From Lingula anatina (lineage: Eukaryota > Animalia > Brachiopoda): a DNA stretch of 64,000 nt. The notes below the pieces were generated by a model. The model saw nothing but the letters and a program-made list of their open reading frames with translations, searched no databases and was not told the DNA's origin. The translations under genes and the position numbers were made by a program. This document shows, in pieces, positions 37,639-55,274 of the stretch (positions within the stretch are counted from its first letter, which is position 1; every line of letters starts with the position of its first letter). Location of the stretch: NCBI GenBank assembly GCA_051362555.1, contig CM120644.1:17444534-17508533 (forward strand), written 5' to 3'.

Positions 37639-37849
37639 CATTCCCACAGATATTTAGATCGATCTATCCCTGTGGAGAGTCTCACCGGATTAATGTCAGC
37701 TTACAGTAGCCGGCTTAAATGTCTGTCCTGCCTACTAAAAGCTGTAAGGGGGTAATTAACTTCCGTGCGCACTCTGCTGACAGCAATTTAGTGTGAACCC
37801 CCACGGAGTTAGGTCGATCCAGATGGATTGATCTAAATCTGTGGGAATG
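37639..37849. mobile_element. ~210-bp MITE family member; relatives at ~31706-31948, ~44954-45167 (inverted) and ~45175-45580
   Basis: Inverted ends CATTCCCACAGAT(A)TTTAGATC / GATCTAAATCTGTGGGAATG. The internal sequence is the reverse complement of 44954-45167. Confidence 0.7.
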
Positions 37850-39133
37850 TAGTCTTAGATATGTAGGTAGGTCATCTCAGTTGACACAAATGTGCACACA
37901 AGTAAATGGGGAAATGGTCTTTGACATGCCAGTGGACATTGAATAACCAACAACTAAAGACACTTAAGACACCAGCAAGGCCCCAGTGGGAATTTATAAA
38001 ACACTTGCCTATGCCAATATACAACCAGCAACTAAAGAAACACTCAAAACATTAGTACTGGTAAGGTCCCAGAAGGAATTGAAAATAAATTATAATTGCC
38101 TTTAAAAGCACACAGAACATCAGGCATTTAAAGCACCAAGATCCAATTTTATCATAAATGCAGAAATACTCTTTAGAAGATCAGATATATGTGTTTTTAA
38201 TGTTACATGACAAATGTATAAAAGGTTGCTTTGATCTCCACTGAAGTTGACCTATTCTATTACAGTAGCCTTCGCTTACATACTACATGTAGTAGACATA
38301 TTCAATTTTCTATGACATACATGTATTACTTGAAACGTGGGAATATTAGTGCCACTAAAAACAACTATACTTTTAAACAAATTAATCAAAAACCTCTGCA
38401 TCATATAATGAGCATATCACATTATTATCCACAACATTTTGAGTTAACTTATACTACGGTACATATGTTTTCAGCAATATTTTTCTCACCTAATTTTTCA
38501 TCCATTGTGTTCCACTTTGTTTAGTCTATTCTGTTGGATTGTATGTCAGCTGCATAACAACTGTATATTTGATACCACTGCTCTGGTTCAAGTCAAGGCC
38601 ACGCTGTGGTAAATACCATGTGTACTAACGCTAATTCCACTGCACTTCGGTCCTAAATTAACAGGAAAAATTAAAACCCTCTCTCTCTCTGTTTTAAGTC
38701 TGTTTTCTTACATATTATGCAATAACATGACGAGTATCTACTTCGAAAAATAATAATATCTAGCAAATACAACGCTCACACTTTTGTTTTTACTACAAAC
38801 AGCGTGTCCCAAATTTAGCACTAAGTTTTAAATTATTCAATTAAATTTAAAATGCCACTTAACCAGTACATGTACTGCTGCCGCGGGTATTGATGGCGTC
38901 CAGCAGTATTTTCATTCATATAAAAAATCTACAGTGACTTACCTATATACGCATGGCTGTCCTAAAACTGTATACACACTTAAGGGGCGGTTATCTCCAA
39001 TGAACTTTAAACAGGACATGATGCTTTTGTATGTTACGTAAAGCATGACCTGTGTTTCACCGCGGCGTATAATCGGTGGATAGTTGTGCATATGAATCTT
39101 CAAGATAGCCCAAACACAAGGTTGTCATACCTG

Positions 39134-39391
39134 GGCCCAGTTTTATAAAGGATGTTTAGCACTAACCAGTGTTTAACTCTAACCAGACCTTAACAGTCTG
39201 TTAGTAAACTGACCTTTAAATAATTATTTAATCCAGTTAAACAGTGGCCAGTTAACTAATTGGCTGTTTTCCATCAGAAGACTGTATATAAAACATTTAA
39301 CCATCTTTTAGTTAATGGGTGTTAGGGGAATTTATCCACTGGTTAGGCTTATCCACTGGCTAGTGCTAAACGTCTTTTATAAAACTGGGCC
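39134..39391. mobile_element. Harbinger-like MITE, 258 bp, CTG TSD
   Basis: CTG|GGCCCAGTTTTATAAA...TTTATAAAACTGGGCC|CTG, with the inverted match extending to GTTTAGCACTA / TAGTGCTAAAC. Confidence 0.8.
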
Positions 39392-39834
39392 CTGGTTGTC
39401 AGACGATAGAGATGCACATGTACCAGTAAACCTATATAAAACGGTCTATGTAGCAGAGTTGAATAGCTAATAAATTATTTCATAGGTGGCACAGGATTTA
39501 AACTGTTGAAGAACTCACCTGTTGTATAAACTGGTTATCGTAATATAAAAAAACGTAATTTTTAAATGATTAAAATAATTAAAGGCTTGGGCTATATTAA
39601 CAGTTAAGAATTACCATTTAGAACGATACAAAAAATTATCTTTTAAATTTGTGCCAGATGGGTCCACGTTTTACCCCGGAATAATAAGGCAGGATTCAAA
39701 CCGGATCACTTTCTAGTTTTTACCTGTAAATAAAATATGGGTATTAATGTTTATATATCTATTATATATTATATGGGTATAATGTTTATATATATATTAT
39801 AAAGATTATATCTTGTATCAGTTTTCGAACCCCA

Positions 39835-40226
39835 CCGCCAATTCCGACCATTTACTTTTAACGCCATGTAAGGCTCGCCTTGTCACATATGGGGACAACT
39901 CTTTTACAGTCGCTGCATCTAGGGAATGGAATTTATTGTCACATTTACTGTATTTACTGCGTACGATCAAGGAAATCTGTTGGAACGCCTTGGTAGGATG
40001 GACTCTCCTGCTGCTATTAAGAGGGAATTCAAGACTTGAGCATTAAAAATTTATGTGAGTAGATTTTTTATCAATGACTTTTTAAAATGAGTGATCGAAA
40101 ACATTTTGATTTCTTCATTATTTGTTTTAATTAATTTTCCGGTTTCAACGAATGTTTACTGGCCTTTTCATTATTTTTTCATGTTTTATTGTAAAGATTA
40201 CTGAACAAATTTGGATAATAGACTCA

Positions 40227-40280
<54 letters not shown>
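39835..40280 (+). mobile_element. 3' remnant of a non-LTR retrotransposon (L2/CR1-group-like)
   Basis: Peptide LLLTPCKARLVTYGDNSFTVAASREWNLL resembles the ORF2 C-terminal pattern G.RSF..AAP..WN.L. Followed by an AT-rich tail ending in (ATT)n at 40227-40280. Confidence 0.6.
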
Positions 40281-40281
<1 letters not shown>

Positions 40282-40976
40282 TAAATGCAGTGTTTGACAG
40301 CTGTACACTGGTTCAGTGTTGCACTGGTAAAGGTAGTCCGAAACGCTAGGAAAATCTACAATTGGCAAGAAAAAATTAGCCCCGTTTCTTTAGTTTACAC
40401 ATTATAACAATAATGTTTATTTCTAAGTTCTCTAAACGTATACTGAAACAATCATAACGTGTCTAGACGCCTTAACGTGCGCGTTAATTGGTTCTATTAC
40501 CGTCTGTTTAATTTGCACAAAAGTCTGAAAAGTAGCGTGTTTATTTTTGGCGTTCGATAAGAAAATATATCACACAGTTGAGGCTTGGTATAATCACGCT
40601 CTTGATTGTCAGAGACAAATTTTACAATGAACGACTCATGCTGTAACTAATACTTACATGTACTTGGGTTAAAAATCAGGTGGAAATCATATGCGCTTAA
40701 AAACACGTAGCCTACAAATTATGATGTGGGTGTCGACGCAATAGGTACATGTCGCAAATTCCTGAGGTAATTATTAGATCGTTTTGGGTGAATACTCCTT
40801 GACTTGAGATTTCGAATTATAATATAGTCCTACAATAATATATTTATGCATGAATGCAACTATATAGGGAGTTACAAACAATATTTAATATTTTGAAGTG
40901 CATCATGGGAAACAAAGTTCAGAGGTCAATAGGCAGCTAGTAAGAAAACTCTGTCTCGAGACTTGGACTGCATAAA

Positions 40977-43156
40977 ATGTCTCGATCGCTCTTATCCATT
41001 GGCCCGAGACTCTTTCAACCTTACAGGTGCTTGAAACAACAGTCAGTGAAACTAAAAAAGGTAAGCCAAACCATGCAAGAGAACGCACTTTATCGTTCCT
41101 TGACAACAGACACATGTAGATCTTACCGGTATATCATTTTTACTGAAGACGATCACTGACATCTTAGGGGCTATAAAGTTTATAAAGACAGCCCCAACTT
41201 AACATGTATTTTATTTATAAACCATCGTCTCAATGACTCTGGTGACTGTGTACCCTTATCCACTGCCGTTGATTTGTTAATCTTTGCAGTATATTTTCAA
41301 GCACGGTTTTATTTGCGAATCTTTCAATGACTGAATAAGCCTAGTGTCATTTTTGTCGTCCAGGGAACGCATGTTAAAAGTACACAAAAGTATACATGTA
41401 TTCAGTTTAAATGTGTCTGCCCCCTCGTCCTGTACATGCATAATGTTGGTCGACACATACAGGGGTATATGCCTCTTGACACTGCAACTTACCAGTACTC
41501 CAATATACGGTCAATATATTTGGATCTTTAGAACTCTAATACAAAAGCGCCTTCAACATTTTCTTTTGTGGGTCTTTCCTAAGCCCACCTCAGTATACAT
41601 TTTAGTAACTGTGCAGTACTTGCCGTGAAACTGTTTTCTTTAATGTGCATATTACGTGACCAGTGGGCCTTAGCCTGTTTAACTGACCTCTCAGTGGTAA
41701 TAGCCGTAGCAAGTCTTCAAGGACACAATTTAGGCGCATTGTTAGATTTTATCCGGCTCAGTTTTCAGGATAGAACGAAGTGTGTGTGTGTGTGTGTTTG
41801 TGTGTGTGTGCGCGCATGTATGTATGTGTGTGTGTGTGTGCGCACGCGCGCGCATATATGGTTAATTTACAGAGTAAAAATGAGTGTTATTTACGTAACA
41901 TGTTATGGGCTACGGACAATAATCTGCAGCAAATTGAATTACAAAATTTTACAGAATGATCTTGTCTTCCACAAATAATTATGCATGCACTCTTTCAGAT
42001 CTACAGAGTATATAAAAGCTAGAAGTACATATATGTTCAGTCCAATGTAAAAAGAGTGCAAAATATATCAAGCAAAATAAGCAGTGCGTGTCGTTTATCC
42101 ATGCCATAAGACTGAAATGGACTATTAACACGATATCTGTGCCTCAAATGTTTTTAGCACCCACGAGACTACCCGAAGATAACCGGAACCGAACTATGGC
42201 GACGGAAATTTAGAACACTTTTCCAGTACAAGGACGTCAATAAAGACGGCTACCTCAAGAAAGTCGACTACGAGATGAGTGCTTGGAGAATAATTCAGTA
42301 TATGGACCTTTCAGGTAAACCCTGTTTTGGGGTTCCTTAATTAAAAAGCGTCACTGGTCGCGGCCGCTAGTTGGTAGCCGTTTACTTAAAGGGGTTTATA
42401 TACAGAAAACGTTGTTGATAGCACCAGTCCGCTGAAATTAAGTATACCCTTAAAAGTGCTTAATTTTTAAAAACAGATGCTATGATTAATTTCAGTGCAT
42501 CACTATTGATTTATCTGGGTTAAAAAAACATTGAAATGTTTTTCAACAGTCCAGTTTACAGCAATTTTCGTTGTGAAATGTTGCAGTGATTCCTGACCGC
42601 TGAATTAAAATCTCATTCTAAGACGCCTATAGACTTGTGAAAACAGTTAAACAAATGAAATGTCACTTAATGTGCAATTAGTTTTAAACGAATAGTTACG
42701 ACAAAGGCACCATAATTTTTTACACATTTTAATAATTTCCTGCATGTTGCAGGCGAGATGGCAGCAGACGTCATGGAGACGCAGCTCCAGATGTGGCAGT
42801 ATATCACCGCCAACGCCCCCTTTATGGAAGGAATCACACTAAATGACTTCATGGAAAACTGTCTCAAGGCTTACAACGAGGAAAACACGCGGTTTGGCTT
42901 AATAACTGCCTGCTGCTCCGAGTTTGATGCCCTGGATTTGGATGCAAACGGCGTGATATCACCCAAAGAACACGCCGCTTTTTTCTATTCATGCTTCGTT
43001 CCTGTAGAACACTCCCCGCCTGTCTTTAACGCTCTGGACACGGATGGCGACGGCGTCATCACGAAAGCCGAGTTTGTGCAAGGAATGATAGACTATTTAC
43101 TTAGTGAAGACCCAAAAAGTCCGTATGTTAACTTTTTCGGACCGCTGGCGAATTAA
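40977..43156 (+). CDS. Sarcoplasmic calcium-binding protein (SCP)-like EF-hand protein, ~214 aa, 3 exons
   Basis: Exons 40977-41060 (tentative), 42158-42314 and 42753-43156 join in phase. EF-hand loops DVNKDGYLKKVD, DLDANGVISPKE and DTDGDGVITKAE, with a degenerate second hand. N-terminal ELWRRKFRTLF and C-terminal FFGPL resemble annelid/mollusc SCPs. Confidence 0.88.
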
Positions 43157-43827
43157 ATTTTTATTTCTTATTTATTGGTTAAAAAATAACAATTCTTGAT
43201 TTAAAAAATTGGAATATGATGCTGGTAAACTTAACAATTGTAAAAGCATAAGCCCAATGTGTGATGTAAAAATATGAAAATTACGTTTCAAAGGAATATT
43301 CATTAATGACATATAATGCAAAACGTATTCGAAAATTGATGTGAAATATATGGACTGATAGTGATATATAAATTCAAATACCCGAGGAAGAATTACCTAA
43401 AACCGACGTTTAACTTTTTACGCTTCAACGGTTGTTGAAGTGAAAATGACTAGATTTGCAGCAAAAAATTACATAACCTATGAGATCTGAGTTAACAAAG
43501 TTTAACCATAAGTCACGTATAGAATGTACGTGATTCCATAAGCCTCTGTTACACAGGGTTTGGGACCGCTTGAAAACCGAATTCTGATCCACTCTCCAAA
43601 TGACTATCTCAAATGTTTAAAAAAAAATAGCCGCTAACATATTAAATTCATCAACACGTATGTATGAACTTGATACTGACTATACTGACTATATATCAAA
43701 CGCAGTCAAACCCCAAATTTGAAGGGGTTTGACTCTTTTAAGTATGCAAAAATCCTTCTCCAAGCGGTCCCAAGTCCGGTGTAACAGTTCGCTTTAGAAA
43801 GGTGGGTATTTATCACCAACTTTCGAA

Positions 43828-47913
<4,086 letters not shown>

Positions 47914-48704
47914 TGTGCATAAATGGGCAGTCTGCCTTCTCTCCTTGTGTTTTTGTCTAAAGCTACCAGTAGTAAAGGAAGGAAAAAAGGCGCTTCTTTA
48001 AGTTTAATGTTCTGATAAAATATGTCATATTAATGGCATATATTTAATTTCAATACCCACGAAACTTACAGCATCACTGTAGTGTAAGAAGGATTTAAAC
48101 TCTACCTTTGAAATTGGCTGTATACGTGCGTACATACTACATGTTGTACCTGTAGTACGTTTACATGTTAACTAGCGAGAGTTGCAACCTAGTGCATTGT
48201 TTATTGACACCAGCAAAGAGCGCTGTGAAATGCATTTTACAAAAAATGAACTGACCTTTGCAAAAAAATTCATTTGGTAGTTTATAAGTACCTTTCTCTA
48301 TATAATCTTTTGGCATTTGTAACGAAACGCTTGACAACACGTTTAACATGCAGCATGAAAACTAGTGCTCTTTTACAATTAGAGGTTCAATTACTATCTC
48401 AACTAAAACAATTGGAGAGGGGGGTGGGGGCAAAAAGCACATTCATTTTAAGGACTGGACAACTTTCAGTGACTTAATTTTGACTTCATTTGTATATTAT
48501 GCATTCATTTTTCCTATTCCCTCCTTCTTATCTGTAACTTAATTGAAATAAAAGGGGGATGACTGGAAGCATGCAGATTAAACTTACATGTATGTAGTAA
48601 AAAAAGGAATTTTGTCGGAATAAAACAAAGGCTTTTCAAGAATGGCTATGTGTGGAAATGAAAACCTTCAAAATATTTCTGTTCTGTGTCTTATGAATCC
48701 CAAC

Positions 48705-48760
<56 letters not shown>

Positions 48761-49057
48761 CTTATAATAATAATAATAATAAAAATAAAATAATAATAAT
48801 AATAATAAAAGGTATTTTCGAATATCTCTCAAAAATCTTATATTCATCTTATAATTTTATAGTTAAAAAAGAAATAGCAGAAATTGCCATTTCCAATGAA
48901 TTAAACGAAATGAAACTAGTGATATTGTCTAAAGTCATAATAGACGTAAGTAAGATAAAAATTCGATAGTGTCAGACAAATCGAAAATTCACATTAGAGT
49001 CATCTCAATATTTAAGTGTAGGCCTATCAGGTGGACTCATACAACAGGTAATACATC

Positions 49058-49301
49058 GCAGGGGCGGATCCAGGATTTTTTGAAGAGGGGGGGGGCTGAT
49101 GTGTAACCAACCCCCCCTCCCCTTGGCGTGGGGTTCGGGGCCCAAATTTTTTGGTATTTTAGAGGTCGAACGGTGCCATTTGGTACGGTTTGGGACTATA
49201 TTTAGCTAATCAAAATTCTACATGTAATTTCAAGAGGGGTCATTGGTGTAATTTTTTTCAGACCCCCCCCCCCAAACACCTCCTTCTAAATCCGCCACCT
49301 C
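49058..49301. mobile_element. Short degenerate TIR element with CAGGGGCGGATC end (hAT-like); single ends also at ~1036, ~3576 and ~6787
   Basis: CAGGGGCGGATCCAGGA...GAAG(G)n at the left and CCTTCTAAATCCGCCACCT at the right. No clear TSD. Confidence 0.5.
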
Positions 49302-52300
49302 ATCGAATGCATGCATGTTTTGTAAGGGTGGCTTCAGCTCTCTTCAAATCCTGTAATGAACATTTTGCACCTCATCTCCGTATCCACTGGTTTAACCACT
49401 CCCATCTCCTGTAGGTGGCGCCATGTAAATGCCAAGGTTGAGTTGGTCAGCATGTCAATTACGTCGCTCAAAGTAGTTTCTCTACAGTGAAAAATACAGG
49501 GTGAAATTTCAAGTAAGAGTACAAAGAAGTGCATGCATTCTACTAACAAACAAGAAAACAAACAGAAAAAATTATCAAAAGAAAAATAAATAAATAACAG
49601 GTGTCAGGAAAATCCTTCCTCACCCCTTCGAAAAATTCCCACACCCCACCAAGGCAATGCACTCCCCGCCTGACAATTCACTTCTGAAAATCCCCCACAA
49701 TCCCACTCCCCAATAAAATCAAAATAATGTATATGATAACATAATGACAATACTTTATCAAATGTCGTTTTTAGCCTGTTTTTAAAGGGCACAACCTTCA
49801 AGCTACTTAAGTCATGTATATAAATGTATTAGTATGTATGATTAGAAAATATTTACCACTTATAAGACACTTTTAACATTTTTTTGTCTTTTTTAATTAA
49901 AATATATAATTGATTTTTTTGCAAATATACTGTTTGTCGCACATCAATTTATACGTTATATATATCTGGTATCATTTTAGAGGATTTTGACTCCTGGATG
50001 AGTATAAATGGAGAGGGACAGAGAAACACACAGAGAGAGAGAGAGAGAGAGGGGGGGGGTCTGAAAAAAGCCTTATGCATACTACTATTCCTGAATCTGA
50101 TCTGCCATTGTGTTTTACAGCGTACCTATCTATATTTACACAGTGATATGAACTGAGCCTGACATAATGCCCGGATACAACTTATCTTAGAACAAGGAAG
50201 TAATATTAGGTCATATACCGTTATACTGCCCATAATATCAGTGGAGTAGAAAGTTATCTAAAACTTTACATAACGGATAAAAGAGGTGAGTGCGAGATTC
50301 ACATTCAATAAGTCCTCTTGTTCACGAAATATAGATAGAGAATAACCTGATTCCACATTTCACCAAACACAGCTGTGGGGCCGTACCAGTTTATTTAAAA
50401 TTTTAGTCATTTATAGTCTCCATACTACTTGGCGTCCGAAAAGTCTTTAACGACGTATAATTATTCACAACAAACATGCGTGTACCAATTAAATCCGTTA
50501 CGTAGGTAACCTCAACTTTTTACACAAACATCGTGTACTGTATCATTGCCCAAGCCGTCCTTTATGGTAATCTTTAAGTCCTCGATCAAAATGTGAACTT
50601 TGCTTAACAGTTTTTAGATAAGGGGGTAAATGTAAATAGGCGCACCTAGTATCAACAGGTCAGTGTTCCTGCAACACTACGCAAGATAAAACCCTTGTCA
50701 TTGTTTTAAATTTATTATTTTTATAATATATCATTTATTATCATTATCTTTAAGATACATTTTTAATAAAACATGAAATAAGGGTTTAATGGAATGGCAA
50801 TTTTTGTCAGTGCCTCTTACTGGTTTTTGCTGAGACTTTGCAATAAAACAAGGAACATTGAAGTGTTTTAGTACATGTAGGTGTTATCTGTGAGATAAGC
50901 CACCTGAGCGACATAAACACCTAAGTAATAACTGGCACAGAAGTTCGAATTATAAACACATTTAAAGACTGAAGGGCATGGCGGCTGAACAGAGTTGTGT
51001 TCTGATGGTTCTAACATAACGTCATGATCAGAGTACAGCATTCTCTCTTCGAGTACTGACTACTGACTTCTACCTTTATTTCTATCTTTATATACCTTCA
51101 CATATATAATTACATTACATTGGCTTCCCAGCCAGGTGGGTTGCCAGAGTGGTCACTTTAATTTAATTACACATGTGATAAAGAAGACTTCCAGACTGAG
51201 TCCTAAATGGCTTCTGCCAGTGGACAATAGATTGATAACTTAAACTGATTGATCAAGGTGAATAATATAGTTACAAGGCAGAGGACCATTCCTAAATACA
51301 TTTGAGGTGGATGTATTTGTTAATCAAAGACATGGCTTCTTATTTAATTGAGTTACAAAGTGACTTCTTTAAACTTGACCTGTAAACATATTATATAAGT
51401 ATACATCCTGAAAATTTAACCCGTACATCTTTATAATTCAGGACACATAATGTTTTATAACAGCTTTATAAACTTGGAATTGATCATATTTATAGTTGCT
51501 ATTTCAATGAAAAGTTGAGAAAACCGAAAATTCATTTAAGGCATTTAATTACAAGTATGACAGTTCGATTGGAACCATACAGACATATATGTTATTGCCC
51601 CCTCTTAATTATCACATATATTTACCATTACCGCTGCATACCGACGTACTGAGCGAATTTTTTCCTTACTGTTATCCTTGCCTCTTGATGTGGATTAAAA
51701 TCTTAATTGACACCTCAGAAATGTATGTTGTAAGATAATGCCCCTTTACAAAATGAAAATTACTGGCTAATTGTCCTAAACATTGACAGATCCAGTATCG
51801 CGAATAGCTAAAGAGGAGTATTTTGTTGTGCAATCCTGCCCTTGCTGCATAGACTTAAAAAAAAGTAATTCGTGACAAATTTACAGCTATTTTTGCCAGC
51901 GACGCAACCGGGTCTATTGGGTAAAAGTTGCAGGTTAGATAAGGTTTTTTTCTTCTTCTTCTATCTTTAAGAAATGAATAATTTCTGCAGCAGGTTCTTT
52001 TAGGTTCAGACCTCGAGCTCTTTTTCAATTTTGATAATAGTCTGTGTGACAGGAATGACAGTCCGCTAGCTATAGGAACCGGATCCGGAGTCCGTTCCCA
52101 TTACTTTGTATATGTGGCATCCGTCCTATATATACTAACCTCAATACTCAAACTTTACTCTAACCTGTACCAATCACATGAGATCCTCGCTTTCCATTCA
52201 TAGGACTACTATTCCTGTCATCCGGCGCTGCATGAATCAACCAATATGGTATAGCGGTATGTATACCCATCCAGAACACACGATACACAGCGTGTAAGGC

Positions 52301-52530
52301 TATAATGTAGACTCTATGGAATATACCTAGAATCCTTTATTATTTCCATGCAGTATATAGTTACAAGTCATACAGTTATCGCACGAGAGACAATTATTGG
52401 TATAGAAGCTTAAGCCCCATTGTACAGTACTTGGTATGCACCTACTGTACATCATGTATCATCGTCCAAAGATATGTACGTTTACTAAATACTAGCACTA
52501 AAATAAATAATTGTACTTCTTATTTTTCAG

Positions 52531-54344
52531 ATGTTTCCCATATTCTGGTCTCTGTTACTGTATCTTACGGCGACTATCGCTGTATCCACTGTACAGGCAA
52601 GGTGTTCATTCATTCCTGAGTGTGAGGCATGCTATATAAGCACATACGGAGATACCAGGGAGCAGGATTTGTGGACGGTGATGTGCAAAAATTCTTTTAT
52701 TGATTGTCGTTTTGTACGGCATTGAGGTCTTTGAATGCGACAGTAGAGCTTCTGGATTTCAGTTACAGTGACTTAATACTTCTCGGCTGTTCACATACAT
52801 GCAGCTTTTACGGCAATGACACACTTTCCGTGTATGAAATAGACATGTCATCCACGTCCTTGCACTATCTTCCCTCCTTTGGGAGAGGGCTGACGTACTT
52901 ACTGAACAGTTTTAAAGACAGACTGCGGACACTTAAACTTCAGTATGTACGTTTGTACGGAGAAACTCTGAGTTTTTCTAGCTATCCGATGTTAAGGAAT
53001 CTTGACTTGAGTGGCACATTTACTGCACTACATGTATTTTTTGGGCGCGTATCATTAGTCGGAGCCGTGTACCTGGAGATGCTGTACTTGGACAACAATC
53101 ACCTGATTTATGTGCCTTATGAGATACGTAATATGACATCTCTGAAACACCTGTCTCTACAACATAATTTCTTAAATAAAACTTCTCTAAACAAGCCCGA
53201 CATTTTTCCATTGACATTAGAGTCACTTGATTTAAGTCACAATAACTTCCAAGGAAGCGCATACTTCAGCTGGATGAATTCGGTAAATTTGCGAACCTTA
53301 AGAATGCAGAACACGTCTATTGGTTATTATGATCTTCCCAAACGACTCGGGAACATGTCCAATCTCGAAATATTAGACATGAGCGCCAGTGTATTAAGCA
53401 TAAACCCTTTTTATAACATAGAAGTGTTTTCAAGATTGAGGATTTTTAATTTTTCGTTTAACAGACTACGGGAGGTGCCTACAGCAATTCAAAAATCACG
53501 CCTACTTCACCAGTTATACTTGCGATCAAACGACATAACTTATGTTGCTCCTAAAACCTTTGTAAATATCTCAAATATGACCGTGTTGGACCTTGGATGC
53601 AACAAAATTAGTTCATTGCCTACCTTTGCCTTCTCTGGCGTAGAGGAAAGTCTGGAATTATTGTACTTGGATGGGAACCAACTGGAAACATTGGACAAAT
53701 GTACTTTATTACGTGTCACCCGCTTGCGTGGACTGAGGATCGGCGGTAACCCATTCCATTGTGACTGCAAGATAGCTTGGCTTCGTTCTTATCGCGATAG
53801 AGGAGTAGATATTGATGTGGACAGAGCTTTCTGTAACAGTCCCTTAGAATTTAAAGGGATGGAAGTCAGTGCGTTTTGGACAGAAAGTTGCACTCTCTCA
53901 CACTTTTCATTGAGCAAGAAAGACTGTTTTGAACTCATTTCTCCAGCTAGCAATGCAATAACTGAAACATCCCCAAATCAAAACTATGATGTTTCTGATG
54001 CTGTTTCACAGGTAACTGCAGACGAAGCCCAACCTTTGACGTCCTTTGCAAGACAAACTCTTGCCTCAGCATATCTTGCATTAGGATTCAGCACCACCTG
54101 TATTACAATAATTGTCGTCTACATTGGGTATCGATTGTACAGGCGATGTCATGGTAGAAAAAGGAAAAAGAACACTAACAGTGAGAGGACCATGCCTGGG
54201 GTACAAGACACCAACTTCACCGATGCTGGGCAAACAGGACCGTACCAGGAATTGGAGAGCGTGTCTCCTTACCAGAATATTGCTGATTTAACCCGGCCAA
54301 CTGAAAATTACTACGCCGCTTTGAATCCACACACAGCAATTTAA
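52531..54344 (+). pseudogene. LRR-transmembrane receptor paralog 1, with a single 1-bp frameshift at 52710-52713 (~604 aa if repaired)
   Basis: ORF 52531-52725 matches the signal peptide and Cys-rich N-cap of the paralog at 57767, and ORF 52704-54344 matches the remainder (LRRs, GNPFHCDC LRRCT, TM, tail). Adding one T to the T4 run gives ...DCRFCTALRSLN with no other lesion. Could be an assembly error rather than a true pseudogene. Confidence 0.8.
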
Positions 54345-55274
54345 AAGAAACCAATCGATATACAGATAATGTTTTATTTCTCAGTTTAGATTATTTATGT
54401 AAATTGCATTGAGACTTTCAAGTCAAGTAGAAAAGGAGTAAACTACACAAGGATTGATACATGTATCATGTTAAAGAAATGTGGATCAATTTGGGTCATG
54501 CCCCACCAACGGAAGGCTTATATCACTTCCTTTTTCTCCTTTAACTGCAGGAAAGGCTTATATCACTTCCTTTTTCTTCTTTAACTGCTATTACTATGAG
54601 CATGAAACTGGCATTTAACTGGCTTCTAGAATTTTTTATGACCATGCACATATACATGCATTTCTCAAACAATTACAGGTAGACAATACGCCAATATCAT
54701 ATCTAAAATTGATGTGTAGTTTATTGGGTTTAAATAATGAATAGCATACCATTAAAAATGTTCTCAAAATGGCTTCAACATATATCCTTATTATTATAAT
54801 TCTTATTTTTGCAAATAAACTTTGTAGTATGTGAATTTGCACTAGTAGTTCATTTATTACTAATGTTGTAATAGAGCATTCTGAACCCAAAATAACTATA
54901 TAGGCCTACTTATACATTTTAAGGTCATGTTCTATAAATGACCCCCCCCCCCCCCCCACCACAAAAAAAGTAAGTTGGCAAGGTGACCGCCTGTGCTCAA
55001 TTGCTGAGTGAAGGGGACGGATGCATTAAGTTCATGCCTAACGTGTAAGTCCGTGCTGTAATGTTTGATAGGGCATTTTCAACGCAACGTCCGCCTCCAT
55101 CCAGGTTTAAGAATGGAAAGTCAATTGCTTAAAACTAGTAAGGCTATATTATTCAGTCAAAAAAAAAAAAAAAAAAAAAAAAATTCCCAGCAACCATATT
55201 GATTCTTAGTGAAATTGTGGCAGTCTTTGGGCTGTGTAATTACAGGTGGGCTAAGCGCCCTCTTGGGAAGCAGG

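Noticed and set aside
42158-43156. Aequorin/obelin photoprotein assignment for the EF-hand gene
   Set aside because: The three-functional-hand layout is shared across the family, but the termini resemble SCPs and I could not identify the coelenterazine-binding residues by eye.
54511-54589. ~39-bp direct repeat downstream of LRR paralog 1
   Set aside because: Two copies only, consistent with simple slippage.
54970-55183. Possible SINE ending in poly(A)
   Set aside because: A/B boxes are not convincing, there is no TSD and no second copy in the window.
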